A stretch of 12,201 bases of DNA. Source: a virus (lineage: Duplodnaviria; Heunggongvirae; Uroviricota; Caudoviricetes). Positions 1 to 6,378 of this stretch are shown one piece after another; positions within the stretch are counted from its first letter, which is position 1; each line of letters opens with the position of its first letter. The notes under the pieces were generated by a model, which ran no database searches, was not told where the DNA came from, and was given only the letters and a program-made list of their open reading frames with translations. The position numbers were made by a program, and so were the translations under genes. The DNA lies in IMG/VR virus record IMGVR_UViG_2878528002_000001, positions 162,473 to 174,673 of that record; one strand, 5' to 3'.

Positions 1-1
1 A

Positions 2-1603
2 TTTGAAAACCTTCCATATACGATTCATACAAGTTCTAAGTTTGAATTTGAAGGAGAATCAATAATCTTATTAGACGATTTTAATAACATCAATAATAAA
101 ATTATAAATGAATGTCATGAAATTGCCAAAAGAAATAAGTTATCATCAGAAGAACTTGAAAAGTTGATTGATGAAAAGACATATAAGACTCCGCGAAACC
201 TTGCGTCTGGTTCAGTGAGACAGCTCAATAGTGAAGTAACAAAAAATAGGCATGTTAAATTTATTGTATGGAAAGTTCCGTATGGGGTTGCTAGTTATAC
301 GAGTGGATTTAAACTTGCAAAACAAATGGGATTTGAGGTAGTGCCATATGTTACATACAATAGTAAAACTGATAATATCGATGAAAAAATTGATATTCTA
401 ACATCTATCGCTAAAGAAAAAGGATATCCTATTGATGGAATTGTATGTACATACAATGATGTAAAATTTGGCAAATCTCTTGGTATGACAAATCATCACG
501 CAAGAAACGCAATAGCATATAAATTTTACGATGAAGAGAATGTCACAACTCTTAAAACAGTTGAATGGTCAATGGGAAAAACTGGACAGCTTACTCCAGT
601 TGCAGTTTTTGAAGATACTGTAATTGACGGAACAACAGTAAATAGGGCATCATTACATAATGTTTCCGTATTCAAGTCTTTTGAACTAGGTGCAGGAGAC
701 GAAATAACTGTCTATAAATCAAATATGATTATACCGCAAATACGAGATAATCTATCCAGAAGTGGTACACTAACCATTCCAGATACATGTCCTATATGCG
801 GTGAACAAGCACAAGTAATTAAAGATAACGAATCTGAAGTTCTTATTTGTTCAAATCCAGATTGTCCAGGTAAATTACTTGGCAAAATTTCACACGCGGT
901 TTCGCGAAATGCCCTAAATATTGATGGATTATCTGATGCAACAATTGAAAAATTCATTTCTCTTGGATGGTTGAAATCCATTTCTGATATTTATTCCCTT
1001 AAAAAATATGAGAAAAATATGAAATCACTTTCTGGTTTTGGTAAAAAATCTGTAGATAAACTGCTTGCATCTATTGAAATTAGCCGCAAAACAGAGCTTA
1101 ACAGATTCATTAATGCATTATCAATTCCAATGATTGGCAATACAGCCAGTAAAGCAATTGCAAAATATTGCGATGGAAGTGTGGATAAATTCTTTACAGG
1201 AATGGATGAGAAATTTCCTTATATTAATATAGAAGGAATTGGCACACAGCGTACCGAAATTATGCATGATTTCTGGAATAATCATAAAGAAGAAGTCAAA
1301 TCATTTGCAAGAGAATTTGTTTTCGAAGAGACAGAGACAAGCAATACGGCATCAAATAACCTCGAGAATATGATTTTTGTTATTACTGGAAGTTTAAATG
1401 AATTTGAAAACCGTGATGCTGCAAAGTATGAGATTGAAAAACATGGTGGAAAAGTGTCTGGATCAATTTCAAGTCGGACAAATTTTCTCGTAAATAATGA
1501 TGTGAATTCTACATCAACTAAGAACACAAAAGCTAAAAACCTAGGAATACCCATTATCAATGAACCGGAGCTGATTTCGATGCTAAATTCTAATACTATT
1601 TGA
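2..1603 (+). CDS. ligA: NAD-dependent DNA ligase (5' end outside window)
   Basis: Frame is open from base 2 (FENLPYTIHTSSKFEFEGE...), so 164 is not the true start. Motifs: PRNLASGSVRQL, YPIDGIV, AIAYKF, WSMGKTGQLTPVAVF, RASLHN (OB fold), Zn finger CPIC...CSNPDC, HhH repeats (NIDGLS, GFGKKS, IEGIG), BRCT (FVITGSL...LGIPIINE). Confidence 0.96.
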   Translation, partial: FENLPYTIHTSSKFEFEGESIILLDDFNNINNKIINECHEIAKRNKLSSEELEKLIDEKTYKTPRNLASGSVRQLNSEVTKNRHVKFIVWKVPYGVASYTSGFKLAKQMGFEVVPYVTYNSKTDNIDEKIDILTSIAKEKGYPIDGIVCTYNDVKFGKSLGMTNHHARNAIAYKFYDEENVTTLKTVEWSMGKTGQLTPVAVFEDTVIDGTTVNRASLHNVSVFKSFELGAGDEITVYKSNMIIPQIRDNLSRSGTLTIPDTCPICGEQAQVIKDNESEVLICSNPDCPGKLLGKISHAVSRNALNIDGLSDATIEKFISLGWLKSISDIYSLKKYEKNMKSLSGFGKKSVDKLLASIEISRKTELNRFINALSIPMIGNTASKAIAKYCDGSVDKFFTGMDEKFPYINIEGIGTQRTEIMHDFWNNHKEEVKSFAREFVFEETETSNTASNNLENMIFVITGSLNEFENRDAAKYEIEKHGGKVSGSISSRTNFLVNNDVNSTSTKNTKAKNLGIPIINEPELISMLNSNTI

Positions 1604-1620
1604 AGGGAAAATTATATCAT

Positions 1621-1866
1621 ATGAAGTTAAAAATTCGATTAAAAACAGTAAATGACGCGAGTCTATTTACTGCGAAATGCAATGAATATAGAGATAATGA
1701 TGTTGACTATTTGGTAGGAAGGTACATCATCGATGGCAAATCATTAATGGGGATATTGAGTACGGGGCTTGATAAAGTATGTGAAGTAGATTTTCATTGC
1801 GATAATAAACAAATTTGTAACCAATTTCGCCAGGACATGAAACTTTGGATTGCGGAGGATAAATAG
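1621..1866 (+). CDS. HPr-family protein lacking the His15 phospho-site but keeping the Ser46 motif (81 aa)
   Basis: GRYIIDGKSLMGILS matches the HPr regulatory-serine motif (DAKSIMG). No HARP/His in the N-terminal part. ATG 1621 chosen over TTG 1600. Confidence 0.8.
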   Translation: MKLKIRLKTVNDASLFTAKCNEYRDNDVDYLVGRYIIDGKSLMGILSTGLDKVCEVDFHCDNKQICNQFRQDMKLWIAEDK

Positions 1867-1867
1867 T

Positions 1868-2098
1868 ATGACCATCGAAGATGAATATTATGTTCTTATA
1901 ATACTTAATACGAAAGAAAAAGGTATGTACAGCACTTATATCCGTGATAAAACAATGTTTTGTTCACCCAAAGGAGTTACCGAGGATATACGCCAGGCAC
2001 TAAAATTCGGAAGTATTATGGCTGCACGACTTTATAAGGGAATGAAAAAACTGGAAGGCTTTATTCCTTTGTATGTCAAAAACACAATTACATTTTAG
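1868..2098 (+). CDS. Hypothetical protein (76 aa)
   Basis: GGAGG at 1854-1858 upstream of ATG 1868; fills the gap between the HPr-like gene and thyA; no recognisable motif. Confidence 0.7.
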   Translation: MTIEDEYYVLIILNTKEKGMYSTYIRDKTMFCSPKGVTEDIRQALKFGSIMAARLYKGMKKLEGFIPLYVKNTITF

Positions 2099-2108
2099 GA
2101 GAACTTAT

Positions 2109-2978
2109 ATGACAAGAGCCGATTTAAGATTAATACAGGATATTCGAAATATCATGAACAACGGGACAATGGATGAGAATCCTCGTCCCCGTTATAGTGA
2201 CGGAACACCCGCGCATACAAAATTTGTGAATCATGTTGTAAGAACATATGATTTAAGTAAAGAATTTCCGATTTGTTCACTACGTCCGATTGCTTGGAAA
2301 ACGGCAATCAAAGAGATTTTCTGGATTTACAAAGATGCCAGTAACTCATTGGACGTTCTACGTAACAAATACAATATTCATTACTGGGATGACTGGGAAT
2401 CAGTAATGATACCAGAAACGATTGGCATTCGCTACGGTGCCACAGTAAAAAAATATGATTTATTAAATAAACTTATTACGGATATTAAAAAAAATCCATA
2501 TGGACGCCGCCATATCATAAGTCTGTGGCAGGAAAACGATTTTGATGAATCAGATGGACTCGCACCATGTGCATTCCTTACTATTTGGAATGTCAGAGGT
2601 GAATATCTTGACATGTGCTTAATCCAGAGAAGTGGCGATATGCTTACAGCTTCCGGAGCTGGCGGAATAAATGAAGTGCAGTACGCATGTTTGCAGATGA
2701 TGGTTGCGAAAGCGACTGGATATAAACCTGGTAAATTCACACACTTCGTGGCGAACGAACAGATTTACACACGTCACTTTGATGCTGCGAATGAGCTACT
2801 TCGTCGAGCATCAGAACAGAAAATTGAATCAAATAGCCAGTATGATTACGAATTCGAACCAGTCAAAATGAATTTCAATCCTAAATCTGATAATTTCTAT
2901 GATTTCTCAATCGAAGATTTTTCCCTTGAAAATTATAATCCGATTAAACCACAGATAAAACTTGAATTAGGCATTTAG
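2109..2978 (+). CDS. thyA: Thymidylate synthase (ThyA; Bacillus subtilis ThyA / phi3T-like branch)
   Basis: DGTPAHT, AWKTAIKE, HYWDDW, YGRRHI, catalytic LAPC, QRSGD, N(EV)QY, IYTRH, C-terminal DFYDFSIEDF. SD AGGAG 2097-2101 supports ATG 2109 rather than 2073. Confidence 0.95.
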   Translation: MTRADLRLIQDIRNIMNNGTMDENPRPRYSDGTPAHTKFVNHVVRTYDLSKEFPICSLRPIAWKTAIKEIFWIYKDASNSLDVLRNKYNIHYWDDWESVMIPETIGIRYGATVKKYDLLNKLITDIKKNPYGRRHIISLWQENDFDESDGLAPCAFLTIWNVRGEYLDMCLIQRSGDMLTASGAGGINEVQYACLQMMVAKATGYKPGKFTHFVANEQIYTRHFDAANELLRRASEQKIESNSQYDYEFEPVKMNFNPKSDNFYDFSIEDFSLENYNPIKPQIKLELGI

Positions 2979-3002
2979 TTTTATAAGAACGGAGAAAATA
3001 TA

Positions 3003-4283
3003 ATGAAAACAAATATCTTTATACCAACAAAAATAAATGTAGGATTCCAAAAACGAAAAGATACTTATACAAGTAAATTAGCTTATGTAATCTATTTTGA
3101 TGAAAAAGGTAAATTACGAAAAGAAACCTCATGGCAAGGTTGGAGAGATGAAGGTATTCCAAACGAAATCTACGATAATGAGCCAATGGAAGGATTTGTA
3201 TTAAATAAGAAGGTTGGTGGAGATAGATATGGTTGGAATCCCAGACAGACATATACCAGAGTATATGACCCTAGAGGATTCGAGTTTGAAATTACAATTC
3301 CAAATCTGTTGTGGATTTTAGAAAATTGTAACTGTATCAAAGGTAAAGGACTTGAAGGTGAATTTGTTTATGGTTGGGATGGTAAAGAATTAGTTCTTGT
3401 ACCTGTAGAATCCTCGGACTATAAAGAAATTCAGGAAAAGAATAAAGTCATTCATAATAATACATTTATTAAAGCAAGAGATTTAATCATTGGTGCTACA
3501 TATGAGGATTTGAATGGTAATCAATATGTATATATGGGAAAATCAAAGCCTTGGAAAGATCAGTCAAATTATTACCATGAAAGTCATGGTTACTATTATA
3601 GTAACAACAGAAAAGAAGGATATGAATATCCGCTTGATGATACATGGTTAATCAGTAAATGTCGAAGTAGTTATTATAATCAAAACCTTACTTACTATAG
3701 AAGTATTCAAGAAGAAAAGAATGAATTTTTCTTTATTCTTCTTGGAAATCCTAGTGCTGAATATAGTTGGGACAGAGAAAATAGAGTAACACATATGAAA
3801 ACAATTACAAGAAAGTTCACCCATATGGTTCTTGAAAAAAGACCAGATTATCCAGATATGGTTAATCTGTTATATAGCAATGCTGAATATTGTCAAGAAG
3901 ATTTTGAAGCAGATAAGCTTATTGATTTACCATACGATATATTTGTTGCTATGGCACAAGAAACCATTGAAAAGTGTCTTAAACATAATTGGCACGGTAA
4001 TGATTTTGTAGTTGGTAAAGAAAAAGATAAGCTTCTTGGTAATATAAAAGTATATTATGAAAAAGAGAGTGGTAAATGGTATATCATGGATACCATTATT
4101 GAAACCTATGAGGAAAAGAAATGGTTCTCTAGTGAAATGGAAACAAAAACAAGGGAACAACAGGTTAAAAAATATTTTGATAATTTAGAAGAATGTTATC
4201 AGTATATTCATCCTATCTATGGAGAACATTATTTAAAAAATGGTTATCTGGAAGGGAGATTTTATTATGGCACAGAAAAATGA
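3003..4283 (+). CDS. Conserved-looking phage hypothetical protein (426 aa)
   Basis: GGAG SD 8 nt before ATG. The N-terminal ~145 aa is rich in W/G/Y/F motif-like blocks (YVIYFDEKGKLRKETSW, EGFVLNKKVGG, RVYDPRGFEFEIT, GKGLEGEFVYGWDG) that I recall from large-phage hypotheticals. No function assignable. Confidence 0.85.
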   Translation: MKTNIFIPTKINVGFQKRKDTYTSKLAYVIYFDEKGKLRKETSWQGWRDEGIPNEIYDNEPMEGFVLNKKVGGDRYGWNPRQTYTRVYDPRGFEFEITIPNLLWILENCNCIKGKGLEGEFVYGWDGKELVLVPVESSDYKEIQEKNKVIHNNTFIKARDLIIGATYEDLNGNQYVYMGKSKPWKDQSNYYHESHGYYYSNNRKEGYEYPLDDTWLISKCRSSYYNQNLTYYRSIQEEKNEFFFILLGNPSAEYSWDRENRVTHMKTITRKFTHMVLEKRPDYPDMVNLLYSNAEYCQEDFEADKLIDLPYDIFVAMAQETIEKCLKHNWHGNDFVVGKEKDKLLGNIKVYYEKESGKWYIMDTIIETYEEKKWFSSEMETKTREQQVKKYFDNLEECYQYIHPIYGEHYLKNGYLEGRFYYGTEK

Positions 4284-4683
4284 TGAAAGAATTATGCAGT
4301 TAAAGAAAACTATTGAAGAAAAAAGACAGGAGCTTGCATCAAAACCAACAAGATTCAATCCAATTACTAATTGTTTATTAGTATTGGATAAGGTTACTTA
4401 CAATTTACATATTGATTCAAGCGAAATGTTGTTAATTAAACTTAATGCACTTTTAATATCTGCAAAAGATTTAGAAATTGACACTTCTACATTAATGATT
4501 TCGGGTAGCTCACTTGATGACTGGATTGCTGATGTAAAAGCAAATCTTGAAGTACAGAGATACAAGGCTGAGAAAAAGAAATTAGATATGTTAGAAAAAC
4601 AACTTACGGCATTGTTGTCTGATGATAAACAAACAGAGCTTCAAATTGATAGTTTGGAAGAATTATTAAAAGATTCTGAATAA
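4267..4683 (+). CDS. Helical/coiled-coil hypothetical protein (138 aa)
   Basis: GGGAG SD at 4254-4258 supports ATG 4267; overlaps the previous gene by 17 nt; heptad-like Leu/charged pattern at both ends. Confidence 0.82.
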   Translation: MAQKNDERIMQLKKTIEEKRQELASKPTRFNPITNCLLVLDKVTYNLHIDSSEMLLIKLNALLISAKDLEIDTSTLMISGSSLDDWIADVKANLEVQRYKAEKKKLDMLEKQLTALLSDDKQTELQIDSLEELLKDSE

Positions 4684-4688
4684 GGAGT

Positions 4689-5258
4689 GTGATTATTATA
4701 CATACAGTATATTGTGTATTAGGAAGAACATCTTCGGGTAAATCAACCATTACCCAAAAAGCAGCGAACAATCTGAATATGAAAGTCTTAAAATCATATA
4801 CTACTCGGCAAAGGAGAGAGAATGAAACAGATGAGAATTGTGATCATATATTTATCTCTTCCAATGAAGTAGAAAAATATCGTAATGATATGATTGCTTA
4901 TACGGAACGTGTAGGTTATTGCAGCTTTGCAACGAAACAACAACTCTTGGATAATGATTTCTACATTATCAATCCCTCTGGATATTTTGAATTAAAGCTG
5001 AAAACTAAGAACATGGATGTTGAACTTATTCCAATATATATCACGGTACCTTACCGAACATTAGAGAAACGTGCACGAAATCGTGGTGAATTTAATACAT
5101 GGAGAGAGAATTATATCAAAGAGAGCGAAGAATTTACGGATTTTGAAAAATCAAATCTTATCGATTATCGAATCTTAAATGATGGAGATTTGGAATTTTC
5201 TGTGAATAAACTCATCAATATAATTCGAAAGGATAAACAAATAGATGAAAAGAAATGA
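4689..5258 (+). CDS. gmk: Guanylate-kinase-like nucleoside monophosphate kinase
   Basis: P-loop GRTSSGKST, Gmk-type SYTTRQRRENE...DHIF, LID region LEKRARNRG, C-terminal RILNDGDL. Exact start and substrate are uncertain. Confidence 0.85.
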   Translation: MIIIHTVYCVLGRTSSGKSTITQKAANNLNMKVLKSYTTRQRRENETDENCDHIFISSNEVEKYRNDMIAYTERVGYCSFATKQQLLDNDFYIINPSGYFELKLKTKNMDVELIPIYITVPYRTLEKRARNRGEFNTWRENYIKESEEFTDFEKSNLIDYRILNDGDLEFSVNKLINIIRKDKQIDEKK

Positions 5259-5808
5259 TATTAAAACGATTTATTGTGACCTGGACGGAGTTGTTTTTGA
5301 TACGATTGCTGCAATCGTAAACCTATATAACGAAGACTATAAATATTATAAAGATTACAAACTGGTACATTGGTACGATATCGAATCATGGAATTTTGAA
5401 GAATGCATATGTGCTACATATACTGATATTAATAATTATTTCAATCAGCCACGATTTTTCGATGAACTGGAATATATGCCATTTGCAGATGTTGTAATTC
5501 CAAAACTTGCAGAACATTACAAAATTGTTTTTGTGAGCCACGGACAACAGCCAAACCTGGTGCAGAAAAAGGAATTACTCAGAGGTATCTTCCCGTTCGC
5601 AAAATTCATCGGAGTTAATTGGAATGAATATAAAGATAAATCCCATATCGATATGAGTGATGGTATCTTTATCGATGATTCAGCGAAAAATCTGATTACT
5701 TCTAATGCAGAAGAATGTATCTGCTTTGGCGACGAATATGAATGGAATGAAAAATGGAATGGTAAACGTATCTCAAATTGGTGCGATTTGGAGAAATATC
5801 TATTATAG
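5245..5808 (+). CDS. HAD-family 5'(3')-deoxyribonucleotidase (NT5C-like)
   Basis: HAD motif I IYCDLDGVVFD, motif II FVS, motif III K (KDKS), motif IV IFIDD; FFDELEYMP typical of NT5C-type enzymes. Confidence 0.85.
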   Translation: MKRNDIKTIYCDLDGVVFDTIAAIVNLYNEDYKYYKDYKLVHWYDIESWNFEECICATYTDINNYFNQPRFFDELEYMPFADVVIPKLAEHYKIVFVSHGQQPNLVQKKELLRGIFPFAKFIGVNWNEYKDKSHIDMSDGIFIDDSAKNLITSNAEECICFGDEYEWNEKWNGKRISNWCDLEKYLL

Positions 5809-5828
5809 GAAGGAAGAATTTTTAAAAC

Positions 5829-6017
5829 GTGATTTCAACAAGTGGAGAGTTGATGAGGACATTAAATCGTATTGGGGACGATTTTATTACAGTTGAGTTA
5901 TTCGGGCAAGAGTATGTTATCGACTGTGTTGCACATAGAAAAAATTACACGGATAGTCCGTGTTCACATATAACACTAAAATGTCGCAGCGGAGGAGAGG
6001 GTGAAATTAAGAGATGA
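5829..6017 (+). CDS. Hypothetical protein (62 aa)
   Basis: GTG start after a purine-rich AGGAAGG (long spacing); stop overlaps the next ATG (ATGA). Confidence 0.6.
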   Translation: MISTSGELMRTLNRIGDDFITVELFGQEYVIDCVAHRKNYTDSPCSHITLKCRSGGEGEIKR

Positions 6018-6181
6018 CTGAGTTAAAAGCGGTAGAAATTTTTACAAATGACGAGAAAAAACTTCTTATAGAAGCAATTTGTGATAAGCAAATTAGAAAA
6101 ATTGTCAAAGATCCGGACGCATATAATAGCCAGAAATACATGGAATTAGAGGCGTTGAAAATAAAAATTAAAGACATGTAA
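6014..6181 (+). CDS. Hypothetical protein (55 aa), not in ORF track
   Basis: Hand translation MTELKAVEIFTNDEKKLLIEAICDKQIRKIVKDPDAYNSQKYMELEALKIKIKDM*; ATGA coupling with upstream gene; GGAGG/GAGGGTG upstream; exactly fills an otherwise empty gap. Confidence 0.72.
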   Translation: MTELKAVEIFTNDEKKLLIEAICDKQIRKIVKDPDAYNSQKYMELEALKIKIKDM

Positions 6182-6210
6182 TGGAGAATTATATATTGGA
6201 GGTAATTTAT

Positions 6211-6378
6211 ATGGATGTGTTGATTGGATTCGTGGGCGGTATCTTAATCGGATCAATTATCGGAATTTTTATCGCTGGGTTATTATTTTCGGCAGAAGAT
6301 AAAGATAAAGATGACGAAGAACAAGAGAAATGGATTCGGGAATATAATTCTAGGAGGAAAAAGAATGAATGTAAATGA
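6211..6378 (+). CDS. Small single-pass membrane protein (55 aa)
   Basis: GGAGGT SD 6198-6203 before ATG 6211; N-terminal hydrophobic helix VLIGFVGGILIGSIIGIFIAGLLF with GxxxG repeats, then an acidic and a basic tail. Confidence 0.75.
   Translation: MDVLIGFVGGILIGSIIGIFIAGLLFSAEDKDKDDEEQEKWIREYNSRRKKNECK

Noticed and set aside
2109-5808. Hypermodified-base pathway (dCMP hydroxymethylase type)
   Set aside because: The ThyA keeps the dUMP-specifying Asn, and no glycosyltransferase or other modifying enzyme is visible in the window.
5705-5896. Alternate-frame plus ORFs 5705-5896 and 8172-8387
   Set aside because: They overlap the nucleotidase/next ORF and nrdJ out of frame, with no motif or convincing SD.
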